A stretch of DNA of 64,000 nucleotides from Blastocystis sp. Blastoise (GCA_039096225.1 JBBPEB010000025.1:558001-622000), one strand, 5' to 3'; positions 43,633-57,175 are shown, counted from the stretch's first letter. Numbers and translations are program-made. The notes: generated by a model from the letters alone, not told the origin.

Positions 43633-45974
43633 ATGCTTGCAAATCTCCGTTCAGTCTCAAAGGCATCTAGCATTTTTGTTCGTGCCTATTCTTCTACTCT
43701 TCCTTGTTCTAAGGTTATTGGTTCTACTTCTGATGCTAAAATAACTAAAGATTTATCTCAAGCTTATCCTATAGGTAGATAGATTATATAAAAAGATTTT
43801 TTTTTTTTTTTAATTTAATTTATTTATTTTTTTTATTTTTAATATTAATATTTATTTTATTAATAATTAATTAATTATATAAAATAAAAAATTTATTAGA
43901 ATAAATAATTTTATTAAAATAAATAATAAAATATAATAAATATATATATAGTTGATCACGAATATGATTGTGTTGTTGTAGGTGCTGGTGGTGCTGGTCT
44001 TCGTGCTGCTATGGGTCTTTCTGAAAATGGTTTTAAAACAGCTGTTATTTCAAAATTATTCCCTACTCGTTCTCATACTGTAGCTGCTCAAGGTGGTGTT
44101 AATGCTGCTTTAGGTAATATGCATGCTGATGATTGGAGATGGCATTTTTATGATACTGTAAAAGGTTCTGATTGGTTAGGTGATCAAGATGCTATTCATT
44201 ATATGTGTCGTGAAGCTCCTCGTGCTGTTCGTGAATTAGAACATTATGGTCTTCCTTTCTCTAGATGTGAAAATGGTAAGATTTATCAAAGAGCTTTTGG
44301 TGGTCAAGTATATATATATATATATATATAATTTTTTATTTTTATTTATAATGAGACAAATCAATAAAATAATTTCTAATAAATAATATATTTTATTATT
44401 TTAATAATAATATATATATATAAAATAAATAAATAAATAAATATAATTAGAATATAATAAAAATATTAAATAAGCGTATTATATATATAAAATAATAATA
44501 TTATATAATCAAGTATTTAATAAATAATAATAATTAATATTTATAGACTAAAGAATTTGGTGAAGGTGGTCAAGCTTATAGAACAGCTGCTGCTGCTGAT
44601 CGTACTGGACATGCTATGCTTCATACTTTATATGGTAGATCTCTTGCTTATAATACATCTTATTTTATTGAATATCATGCTCTTGATTTAATTATGAATG
44701 GTGATGAATGTGTTGGTGTTATGGCTTTATGTTTAGAAGATGGTTCTATTCATCGTTTCCATTGTAATAATACAATAATTGCTACTGGTGGTTATGGTCG
44801 TTGTTATTTCTCTGCTACTTCTGCTCATACATGTACTGGTGATGGTACTGCTATGGCTATGAGAGCTGGTATTCCTATTGAAGATCCTGAATTTGTTCAA
44901 TTCCATCCTACTGGTATTTATGGTGTTGGTTGTCTTATGACTGAAGGTTGTAGAGGTGAAGGTGGTGTATTAAGAAATTCTGAAGGTGAACGTTTTATGG
45001 AAAGATATGCTCCTACTGCTAAAGATTTAGCTTGTCGTGATGTTGTATCTCGTGCTATGACAATGGAAATTAGAGCTGGACGTGGTGTTGGTCCTCTTAA
45101 AGATCATATTTATCTTCATTTAGATCATCTTCCTGCTGATCTTCTTCATGAACGTCTTCCTGGTATTTCAGAAACTGCTGGTATTTTTGCTGGTGTTGAT
45201 GTTACTAAAGAACCTGTACCTGTTTTACCTACTGTACATTATAATATGGGTGGTTTACCAACAAATTATACTGCTGAAGTATTAAAACCAAGTGAAGAAG
45301 ATACTGAAAAAGTAGTAAAAGGTTTATTTGCTGCTGGTGAAGCTGGTTGTTCATCTGTACATGGTGCTAATAGATTAGGTGCTAATTCACTTCTTGATAT
45401 TGTTGTATTTGGTCGTGCTGCTGCTAATAGAATTACAGAAATTAGTAAACCTGGTCAAGCTAAAACACCTCTTCCTAATGATGCTGGTAAATCTTGTTTA
45501 GAAAATCTTGATAGACTTCGTTATGCTAATGGTCATATTCCTACTGCTGAACTTAGATTAAAGATGCAAAGAACTATGCAAGATTATGCTGCTGTATTTA
45601 GAACTGAAGAAACTTTACAAGAAGGTTGTAAGAAGATGAATGAAGTTGTTAGTCTTCTTAAGGATGTTAAGACTAGTGATCGTTCTATGGTTTGGAATAC
45701 TGATCTTGTTGAAACATTAGAATTACAAAATTTAATGGCTCAAGCTCATACTACTATGATTTCTGCTGAAGCTCGTAAAGAATCTCGTGGTGCTCATGCT
45801 CGTGAAGATTATTCTGAACGTGATGATAAGAATTGGTTAAAACATACTGTTGCTTATTATGATGATTCTTTATTTGGTACTGGTAAAACTACACTTATGT
45901 ATAGACCTGTTCATATGAATACTCTTGATGAATCTGAAGTTGCTCCTATTCCTCCTAAGAAACGTGTTTATTAA
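43633..45974 (+). CDS. SDHA: Succinate dehydrogenase/fumarate reductase flavoprotein, copy 2 (only 2 introns: 43775-43951, 44308-44546)
   Basis: Same protein as copy 1 (452-aa ORFs identical). Exon 43952-44307 is continuous across both sites where copy 1 has introns. Confidence 0.97.
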
Positions 45975-46248
45975 AAAAATATATATTTTTTTTTATATTT
46001 TAATATAAATAATTATAATTCATCGTATTCTTATTCTTCTTCTTCTTCTTTTTTTGGTAATTCTATAATAAATCAATTATTATAATATATATATAATATA
46101 TATTCTTTTATTTTTAATAATAATAAATAAATCCTTAATTCTTTAAAAAATATTTAAAAAAAATATTTTTTGTTTTGTTTTTTTAATTTAATAACAAACG
46201 AATATCATTATTTAATAACAAAACTATTAATTAATATTTTTATTTCAT

Positions 46249-46655
46249 TTATTCTAATAATAATTTTGAACCAAAAAAATAAAAACCAAAACCAGATGCT
46301 ATAAATACTACAAACTTATGAACAAATGGAGCCTATATATATTATATATTATTTATATTTATTTATATTATATTTATTTACCTTTGACATATTTATACAT
46401 ATCATTTTCATCTTTTGTAATAATGTTCTATATATATTTTTATTATTATTATTATTATTTCATAATCTTATTCAATATTTTTTTTTTTTTTTAATTTTTA
46501 ATACTTTTTAATATATAATATTCTTTAATATATAATATTTTTTTTATATATTAATTTATATACAAATTCTGCGCAACCTTTGAACTTGAACCTTCAACCA
46601 CTGGCATCCCTGTCTTACTCTTCACCTTATTCATCTCCTCATTCAATACAAACAT
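46249..46655 (-). CDS. Unannotated 73-aa membrane protein, copy 2 (exons 46655-46564, 46427-46382, 46332-46249)
   Basis: Same exon lengths as copy 1 (92/46/84 nt); one amino-acid change (V28A) and otherwise third-position changes. Confidence 0.8.
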
Positions 46656-46964
46656 ATTCCTATTATCCTTTAACTATTTATTTATAGGGGAAATGAATAA
46701 ACACTTCCAATTATTCTTTACTTGAAAAAAATATAATCACGAAAAATTATCGAATTATCACGGAAATTTCATTTGATTTCCATTTTTGTTTTATTCTTTG
46801 TCTTTTATAACCTATTTTAAAATAGATGCCATAAGAATATTAAATTCATTCTGTACTCTACATTTAATGATATTGATATAAATATAAAAAGTAAACAACT
46901 CCAATTATTTATCTTATCTCAAAAAGCTAATGAAGAACGGTGATAAATTAAACTAGTATCATTC

Positions 46965-47600
46965 AACTATGCGTCAGTTACTCGGATTATGTCATAAATT
47001 CTAAAATACAAAAGAAATGTCATTTTTCACGATGTCAAGCAGATCTTTATCCTAAATGAATTATCAAATATATATATTTCATATTTGTCGGTAATGATAC
47101 ACTATATTACAACAAAAAAGTTAATATTTTAGCTGATAAATATGTTAGTTATAAAAAGCAAGGAATTTGTAATGAAAGCCGTTTTCATTACAAACCTTTC
47201 ACGCAAAATAAGACATTCAACTATGCTTCGTCATAAATATTATTCTCCCTTTATTATGACAGAGCTAGAATAATATTTCAATTCTTTTTAGTTTCAGTGA
47301 GAATTATTCAATAAGATGAATTAAAAATATCTGTTTATTGTGGAAATATTTTTGAAATATTCTCTACAACGCGTCATAGCAATTGCAGAAATATTTTTGG
47401 CTAATTTGGAATTACGAATCACTATTCATAGATTACAAGTTTCCCTACTTCTCTGAAGAGAAAGATATAAGCATAAATATTGAGTCTTTTGCATCATTGA
47501 CTGATGCACGTCATTTCCACATATACCGAAGAGAAAAAGAGGTAAACTGATGATCACCTTCTTTTTACTGGAGACTTTTTTATAATAGCCAATAAATTAT
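46965..47600. promoter_or_regulatory. Candidate promoter of surface protein paralog 2 with repeated CGTCA(T) sites and a CCAAT box
   Basis: CGTCA at 46972; CGTCAT at 47229, 47372 and 47509; CCAAT at 47589. Confidence 0.45.
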
Positions 47601-47749
47601 AAGAAATCTTGTTGCGAAGTTGATTCTACAATGATTATTGTCCAAAATATCTAAGAAATCAATATTGTCTACATTTGCGGAAACTTGTTTTTATAAATCT
47701 AGGTCGTTTTTATATAACATTTCTTCACACTTTTATATTATTATCTAAG

Positions 47750-50700
47750 ATGAGAAACGTTTGGTTTATTCTCTTCTCTGTTGGTTTCTTCTATTTTGGT
47801 ATATAAATATTCATATTACTAAATAAATAATCCTTTTTTTCATTTAATAATTTGGTTCATTAACTTATTTGAATATATTTATTTAGCAAGTGCCCAATGT
47901 GCAACGCCTACTGTTGGCTTCACAGCTACTAGAAATTTAAAGATGTATCCTGCTGAAGAACGTTGGTCAATTTATCAAGGTACCGATGTTTCTGATTCAG
48001 GCGTCTTAATCTTTACTAATCCTATTGTCAGTGATAATGACAGAGGTATTAAGACTTATGAAGTATGTCTTCAAACTGGTGCTCAATACACTTTAGCTCT
48101 TTGGGATGGTTATGGTGATGGTTGGAGTAGTGGCTCTACGATCAGTATTAGTATTGGTAATCATGTATTCTTTACTGAAACCTTAAAGAATGGTGAGGCT
48201 CTTAAAGATGTAAAAAAAAACATTCCTTTTACATGTATATAAAAAATTTTTTTTTAATTTAGATTTATTATTATTTAATATTATATAGTATCATTAACTG
48301 TTTCTCCTGGATCTACTTGGAAAACTACTATTGCTCCTCAAGTTGGTAATACTTGGACTCAAGCTTCTTTTGCTGATACAACTTGGATTCCTCTTGCTCC
48401 TGGTTCTTTTCCTACTATTTCTACTACTACTCGTTATTATAGATTTACAACTACTCTTACTCAAACTGGATTCCATGCTATAGGATTATCCTTAAAAATG
48501 AATTCTGGTTATATTATTTATGTTAATGGTCAAGAAGCTTCTCGTGCAGGATTACCTATGTATTTATATTTATAAAAATTTGTTTATAAAAATTTATTTA
48601 TATTTACTATTTACTTTCGATTTAGATCGATAAATATATATTTTATTTGTTATTTCTAGTGGTTCAGTTGATTCAAATACAGCTTCTCTAAGTGCTGAAA
48701 ACACAGCTACATTCAAAAAGTATATATAAATATTTTATTATCATCTTTATTATTATTATTACTTTTATATTTCTATAGTTTGGCTATTCCTGCTTCTATA
48801 TATATGACTTCTGGTAATTCTATTACTTTTGCTATTGAGGTTCACTCTCATTCAACCCAACTTAATACTGCTGATCCATTTGTTTTCTTTTCAGAAATAG
48901 TTAATGATAGTATATAACTATTCTACTTTATATATATATATATATATATATATAGATGGTCTCATTGTTGGTGGAAATGGTGATACTACATGTTTATATG
49001 ACAGTAATGCTAATACTGAAACTTGTGATAAAGGATTTGATGGTAATTTAGAAACTAAATTTTCATTTACAGGAACTGAGAATACAATCACATATTCTTT
49101 CCCTGGTGGTATGCAAACTTGGTTTAATGGTTATCGTATTGTTTCTGCTGGTTATTTTCCAGAAAGAGATATGAAAGCATGGAAATTATATGGTTCAAAC
49201 GATAATGGTGTTACTTGGCTATTTCTTGATAGTATTACTGGTAATTCTTTCCCTGAAAGAACTACTTCTTATAATTTCTACTTACCTTCTAATAGAAAGG
49301 CATTTAGTCAAATTAAATTAGTGACTACAGAAAATAATGGTAATACATATACTGAATTCTATGAGTTTAGTTTAATGGCCTATTCTAAACCTCTTCTTAA
49401 TGCTGGTCTTCAATATTCTTCACCTACTTTAATAGGTAAAACAAGTATAGATGTATCTCTTGCTCCTATCTCTACAGGTATTCATACATATACTGTCTCT
49501 CCTCCTTTCCCTACTGGTATCTATTTAAATCCTGAAAATGGTCTTATTTATGGTTCTACCGATCTTCCTCAAAATAATGTTGCTTATACTATTAGTGCTA
49601 TTGATGGTGCTACTAATGCTTCTACTTCTACCGTTGTTACTTTTAATATTGTTGAATGTGCTCAACCTGCAATGGCTTTTATATCTCTTTATAAATATGA
49701 AATGGGAAATGCTAAAGATGAAAGAATTGTTATTTATTCTGAAACTAATACTGAAATAACCACTATTCAAGGAGTTAACTTTGGTGCTGCTCAAACGAAA
49801 ATTCTCTGTGAACCTGCTGGTCGTTGGAAATTTGTTCTTTTTGATGATAATAATGATGGTTGGGATACTGGTTCTCGTTTTGATGTTTCTATTAAATATA
49901 ATTCAAATACTCTTCTTCGAATTGCTCGTTTATATTTATTAGAAGGTACTACTGCTACTTATTATATTAATACTCGTCTTGATGTTGGTCCTAGATCTGG
50001 TTGGAAATATCAACTAGGTGCTCCTACTGATGTTAATTGGAAAACTGCTCTTTTCTCTGATGCTGCTTGGCAAACATTAACTTATATTCCTTCTATTTCT
50101 GTTACTCAAAATATCGTTCTTCTTAGAAGAACATTCACTATTATGTCGAAGACTAATATGGTTGGTTGGGAAATTGACTTTAAATCTAAAGCTGGTTGTG
50201 TTATTTATGTTAATGGTAATGAAGTATATAGATACTATATTAGCGCTGGTGAAGTAAACTCTGCTACTGTTGCTACTGGTGGTGAAAACTCTTTCTTATG
50301 GAGATCTGTATCGGGTCCTATGACTACTCTTTCTAATGGTAATAGTGTTACTATAGCTATTGCTCTTGTTAATCTTGGTACTACTTCTTATAATCTTGAA
50401 TTTGATGGTTTGTTCCGTCTTCTTGGAGATGCGAATGTCATTCAAAATGCAGCTGATGGTAATTATGATTCTAGTGGTGTTTTCTCTGATGGTAATCCTG
50501 AATATCTTTTTGATTCAGTTCCTAAAAGTCGTTGGATATCTGATGAACATGATTCTGTAACTGAAAAATGGGTTACTGTAGAATTTAATAACAAAAGAGC
50601 TATCTACATGAATAAATATTGTCTTATTTCAAATAGAGATTCTCCTCAACATGATCCTGCTGATTGGACTATTTATGGTTCTATGGATGGTACTACTTGG

Positions 50701-53700
50701 ACTTCTATTACTTCTCAATCTAATGTTTCTTGGGAAGAAAGAAAACAAAGACAATGTTTCTTTGCTCTTGGTACTACTCAAGCTTATACTAATTATAAGA
50801 TTTCAATAACAAAAGCTACTGAAATATTACCACAAAATAAATATGCTTTTGCTGAATTGGAATTCTTAATGATTGATGCTGCTTCTATTGTTATTCCTCC
50901 TTTTACTTTCAATCCTACTAATCTTGTTGCTTATAAAGGTGGAATTATTCCTGCTCTTTTAGTTTCTTCTGAATATTATCATGATTTCAGTATTTCTCCT
51001 GCTCTTCCTGCTGGTATTTCTATGGATACTTCTAATGGTTATTTCAATGGTATTGCTACCCAACTTCAAAATCCTACTACTTATAGAATTAGTGCTAAGA
51101 ACATTCAAGGTGTCCCTGTTACTGCTGATATCACTTTCTCTGTTGTTACATGTGCTTATCCAAATAGTCTTTTTAGTCTTCAATTCACTTTCTATTCTTA
51201 TGCTAATGAAGCTTCTTGGGTACTAAAAGATTCTGCTGGTACTACTGTTGATAGTCGTAGCATGTCTATTAATTATTCTACTCAAACATTTACTTTCTGT
51301 AGAAGTGTAGGTATTTATTCTTTAACTCTTGCAGATAGTGCTAATGATGGTTGGGGTGATGGTACTTATACTGTTCTTTTAGAAGATGGTACTATTATTT
51401 CTACAGGTACTGTACCTTATAATCAATCTCCTAGAGTTGTTTCTCTAAATATCGGTCGTGTTATTAATCTTGAGACTTCTAATTGGAAATATTTCATTTC
51501 TGGTTCTGCTGCTCCTTCTGGTTGGAATACAGCTTCTTTCTCTGATGCTACTTGGACTTCTGGTATTGCTTCTACTCTTCCTGCTCCTACTGGTACTACT
51601 CAATACTATAGAACTACATTTACTATTTCTACAATCGATCCTGCTTTTGCTGGTTTAGATATTGGTGCTAAAACTTATGCTGGTATGATTATTTATTTAA
51701 ATGGTCAAGAAATTAGAAGAGTTAATATGCCTACAGGTACTGTCAGTTATAATACTGCAGCTACAAAAGAATTCTCTGAAGCTAAATTATATAGTGGATC
51801 ATTAAGTCTTATTGGTTCTACTATTCTTACTACTGGTACAAATGTTATTGCTGTTGAAATACATAAAAAAGATACTCTTCCTACTATTAATATATTTGAT
51901 GGTTTTGCAGGATTTATTGCTACTGGTGAATATAGAGTTCTTGATGGTATTCCTTCATCAGATATTACTGTAACAGGTACAGAAGGAATTGAAAAATTAT
52001 TTGATGATAATATAGCTACAAAAACTACTTCTGGTCCTCGTTGTGTTGGTGCTATATTCCAATGGACTTATAGTGAAGGTCGTAGAGAATATATTAATCA
52101 TTATAAAGTATCAAATGCTAATGATTGTAATAAGAGAACTCCTTCTGCTTGGAGATTAGAAGGTTCAAACGATGGTAATACTTGGACTTTATTACATTTT
52201 GTACGTAATCAAATATTTTCTTCTCACAGATATACTTTATCTTATGATTTCTATGCTGCTCAAGCTTATAATATGATTCGTATGGTTGTTACTGAATGTG
52301 AAAACATTAATCTTGTGAATGAGCAATGTGGAGATTCTTTAGTTCAATTATCTGAATTAGGTTTTTATATTACTAATAAAGCTCCATCTTGTGCTGCTGA
52401 AGGTACTTGGAGTCCTGCTCCTGAAGGTGGTTATTCATTCCAAGAATGTGCTACTGGATATTATGGTGTTAAAAGAAGATTCTGTTCAGGTGGTGTACTT
52501 AGTGATATATTAGATCTTTGTAGTTTAATTGCTCCTTCTGGTCTTTCTTATCCTGGAACTCCTTTCACTTTCCATAAAAGAATTCCTGTTAATATATCTC
52601 CTGCTATTACAGGTGCTGAATTATCTTTTTCAAGTCAACCTATTCTACCTGCTGGTCTTACTCTTAATTCTATTACAGGTGCTATTACTGGTACTCCTTC
52701 TTCTAACTCTCCTCTTACTACATATACTATAACTGCTACTAATACTGCTGGTTCTATTACTTCTCCTATTATTATTCAAATTGATACTGCGTCATGTACT
52801 ACTGATAATGGTTGGCCTACAACTGAAGCTGGTCTGCAAGCTACTTTACCTTGTACGGATACTATTAATTATGAAGGTTCTAGAACAAGATCATGTCAAG
52901 TCAGTTATCCTGCTGTTTGGGGTTCTGTTGTTGATGGTTGTCAATTAAAGATGCCTACTATTATATATTCTACTACTACCATTACTGGTCATAAGAGTGA
53001 TGCTATTACTCCTGTTGTTGCTACTATAACTGGTGGTAGTCTTAATCCTCTTACTATTGCTCCTACTCTTCCTACTGGATTATCATTCAATGCTCAAAAT
53101 GGTCAAATCTCTGGTACTCCTATTTCTGCTTCTTCTGGTACTTATACTATTACTGCTTCTAATGGAAGAGGTCAAGCTACTGCTACGATAACTATTAATA
53201 TTAGTGTTGTTAACTGTCCTCTCGATGGTATTTGGGCTGCTACTGAAAGAGCTACTACTGCTTATGTAGTTTGTCCTACAGGCCAATTAGGTGTTCAAAG
53301 TCGTGTTTGCCAAAATACTGGTGTTGGTACTGCTGTTTGGCAAGTTGCTGATTCTTCTAACTGTTTTACTTATGATGCTAAAGAAAATCCTGGTGATAAC
53401 AAAATCTTTATTAATGTTCCTATTAAACTTGAAGGACTTACTGAAACTGCTTTCAAAACTGCTTCTACTACTGAGATATTCAGAACTATAATTGTTCAAT
53501 CTCTTACCACTTATTCTATTCCTTCTTCTGCTGTGAAGATTATCAGTGTTTCTAGTGTATCTACTTATGCTGGTGGTGTTGTTGCTAATATCAGAATTAC
53601 TGCTAATGATTCTGATAAAGAAAGAATTATGAAAGATATGAATACTTATTGTAGTGGTGCTAATTCTGCTCTTCTTAGCGCTTGTAGATATAGTTTTGAT

Positions 53701-53958
53701 AATAATTTAAAGTCTGTTACTGCTACATCTCTTTCTGGTGAAATTACTACTAAGGGAAATTCTCTTTCTACTGGCATTATTATTCTTATTGTTGTTTTAG
53801 TTATTTTGGTTGTTGCTATAGTTGCTGTTGTCGTATTTTGCGTTGTTAATCGTAGTAAAGGGAAGAAGGGTAAGAATGGTAAGAAATTAGGTTCAAGTAA
53901 AAAGTCTTCAGATAAAACAAAAGGAGCTTCTACTTCAACTGCTAAACCTAAGATTTAA
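47750..53958 (+). CDS. Large type-I membrane surface protein, paralog 2; 5 introns all in the 5' 1.2 kb, then a 5 kb exon
   Basis: Signal peptide MRNVWFILFSVGFFYF; same domain series as paralog 1 with three Cys-rich modules; TM GIIILIVVLVILVVAIVAVVVFCVV; Lys-rich tail; TAA 53958. Confidence 0.9.
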
Positions 53959-54311
53959 ATACAAATTCTAGTAGTTATTCTTATTATCTGAATTATAAAA
54001 TATTTATATTTTTCATTATAGATTTAGATATATCGTTTTATTTCTTTTAATTAATTTAATATTGTTATTTGTTTTGTTATATATATAAAGATTATGATAA
54101 TATAATTTTTTATACAAAAAGAAACAACAATTTTTTTATAAGATAAAATATTAGTGAATGAGAAATAATAATAATTGGTGGGAAAAGCAATAATAATAAT
54201 GAATATAGAATTATTTTTTTTTAAATATAAATAATTTGGCAAAATAAAACTAATAATAATAGTACAGATAAAAAATAAATGTTTGAAAATCACTTTAATG
54301 TAAAAATCACT

Positions 54312-54674
54312 TTATCCTGAAGAAGAACTCTTTACAGAAGATTCAGGAAGTAATTTATATATATGTGTATGAATTGTTGAAAATGGACGTACTTTTGTAC
54401 TGTATATATATAATAATGATTCTGGATTGGTATATAGATTATTATAGTTTATAGAATTAATATGATTAATATAATTAATATAATTAATATAATTAATATA
54501 ATTATTAAAGATTAATATCGTTAATATAATTAATATAATTAATTTAGTAAATATTATTAATATAGTAAATATATATACAATATTGCCAATGGTGTGATAT
54601 CTAGATTAGCATCCTAAATAGTATATATATATAATAATTAAATAATAATCACCAGGAAATAAAAACTAATAATT

Positions 54675-54709
<35 letters not shown>

Positions 54710-54765
54710 GGTAACTGCTTCATCTTTTTGTGACTGATGATACATTAAAACTAATTGTTGATTTG

Positions 54766-54802
<37 letters not shown>

Positions 54803-57175
54803 TATATATATATACTTTAGTATTTGTTCACAATTAAAACAAACATTTTGTTGCTGATTTGTAAATGGAGTATATACCTATATACATATATATATATATT
54901 ATCAATTCTTTATAGAAATGAAAAATAACAATAAATATAAATCGACATAAATATATATTTAAATACATATTACAATACACTAAGCATATAATAATTATTA
55001 TTATATATATATATATATAATGAAAAAGAATATACCTTAGCTGTGAGGCATTTTCTGCATACAATCATACCACATGCTTCACAGAAATGTTTAATATTGA
55101 AAATAGAGAAGGGAGCTTGGCATATATCACATTCTTGTATAGTATTATTCATAACTAGAGGTGGTGCAATAAAAGGAGATTTGAAATAATAGAGAAGAGC
55201 TACATATATATAAGTGAGTATATTTGTAATGAATATTATTCTATAATAATTTGACTCTTTGATAGAATAATAAAAAATATTTAAATAAATTGATATATAT
55301 ATGATTTAAAAACATATAAAAAAATGAATATATATATATATATATACCAATATTATCTTGTATTTTTGTAACCCATGTATTTCTAATATCTTCTGAGTCA
55401 CAGCATAAAAGAATACTTTTCTTCTGTGAATATACAATAAATGCATAAGGAGTAGGATAGAAGGGAAGAATAGAATGAGTTGGTTCTACCTAGAATAATA
55501 TAATTGTTAGGGAAAATAAGAAGAAGAAGAATAGTAGTAGAAGAAAATAAGCATTATGAAGAAGGAATTATAATGATTGTGAAAACATGAGAAGAAGAAT
55601 AAAATAATAAGAATATAAATAAGAAATATTATGATAAACAATTGAGTAATAATATATAAAATGTTAATAATAATCATATAAATAATATTTATATAATTAC
55701 AAAGCAAAATAAAATATTATTTCAATATTATATATATATAAATATAATTATGAATGCAGATATATAAAAAAAAATAGAAATCATATTAAAAGAAGAATGA
55801 GTATATGAATCATACATGACTATATCTTATTTCTCTTTGAGTTATATCATTTCCTTTGAAAGGTATGTATTCAATAATATCACTGTATAAAAACACTCGA
55901 TATCTATAGAAAATAATATATATATATAATGATTTAATATGAATATAATAATATACTTTTGGATTTTATAACGACCTATTTTAAACATAATATCATGACG
56001 AATCTATATAGATATTATATAAAAAACATTATAAAAAAATAGAATAATATAATATCATATATATATATATAATAATATAATATCATATATATATATACAA
56101 GGAAACGATTTGGATTCATTGAATTATCTTTCGTTTTTGACATAATATCAGAGTCTGTACCTGTTTTCTATATATATAAATATATATATAATAAAACATA
56201 TATATTTGTTAATAAGTAATAAAAATAAATACAAATTTTTAATATATATCTTATATACAATTATAGAAGGAAGATGTTTTTGTTTCTGTAAAATAACATT
56301 GATTTTCTTTAATTGATTTAATAAATTCATAATATTATTTAATTCGTAATCTATAATTTCTAACGATGATAATTCCTATATATATAAATAAAGAATATAT
56401 ACATCAAAATAATATACATTTTAATAATATATATATATATATATACCATAATTTGTTCAAATAAATTCATAATATAAATTGTAGGTTCTTTGAAGATAAC
56501 CTTAAGAGGAAGTGTATTTGGTTCTGATTGGATAGCTCGAATAGAGGAGGCAAAACGATCTCTTTCTGTGTCAAATAATGACTATATCAATTATATATAA
56601 TAGTATTCAATCTATATTTCTTAAAATAGAAATAAAATACATCATAATAAAGTTCTAGTTCGGAGAGGCTCTCAATATAAGTTTTAAAACTACAATAATA
56701 GTAATAATTCAGGAAAAAAATGCATACTCCTCTAATGATTGAGTAATAATTGTAATAGCTTCTACACAGGAAGGAACAATATAATCATCTGATTTTGCAA
56801 CATTTAGTGCATCCTATTCATAAGATAATAATAAATAAGAAGAATATCGCAAAACAACAAACATACTACAATTGCCTTCTGATCTTTTTGAATAATTTGA
56901 ATTCCACTGAATAGTTTTCTCATTTCTTGAACGGATAATACCAAATTATGAGAAAACAGATTAAAATAAAGTTCTAAACACATACTATACAAATAATTAT
57001 GAATGAAAATCATAATAGATTGCATTAACCTATACTCCATGTATTGTAGAAAAACTTGACTACTTTGAAGAATTGATTCATATATAATTACTCTACATTT
57101 ATCTTTATAAAGTTGACGAATAATTGCATTTGGTCCTTCTTTCTGTTGAGAAGGAGTAGGATATGCTTTATCCAT
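54312..57175 (-). CDS. FGD-like DH(RhoGEF)-PH-FYVE protein with degenerate motifs; multi-exon
   Basis: FYVE Cys pattern CDIC..FSIFNIKHFCEACGMIVCRKC..VCFNC; PH-like AFIVYSQKKSILLCCDSEDIRNTWVTKI; DH-like FASSIRAIQSEPNTLPLKVIFKEP; TAA 54312. Confidence 0.7.

Larger units (their letters stand above)
43245..46695. repeat. Right arm of the inverted segmental duplication
   Basis: Reverse complement of 27697..31284 apart from two missing introns, microsatellite length differences and scattered substitutions near the ends. Confidence 0.95.

Noticed and set aside
27697-46695. Composite transposon interpretation of the inverted arms
   Set aside because: The arms contain housekeeping genes; no transposase, short TIRs or target-site duplication was seen.
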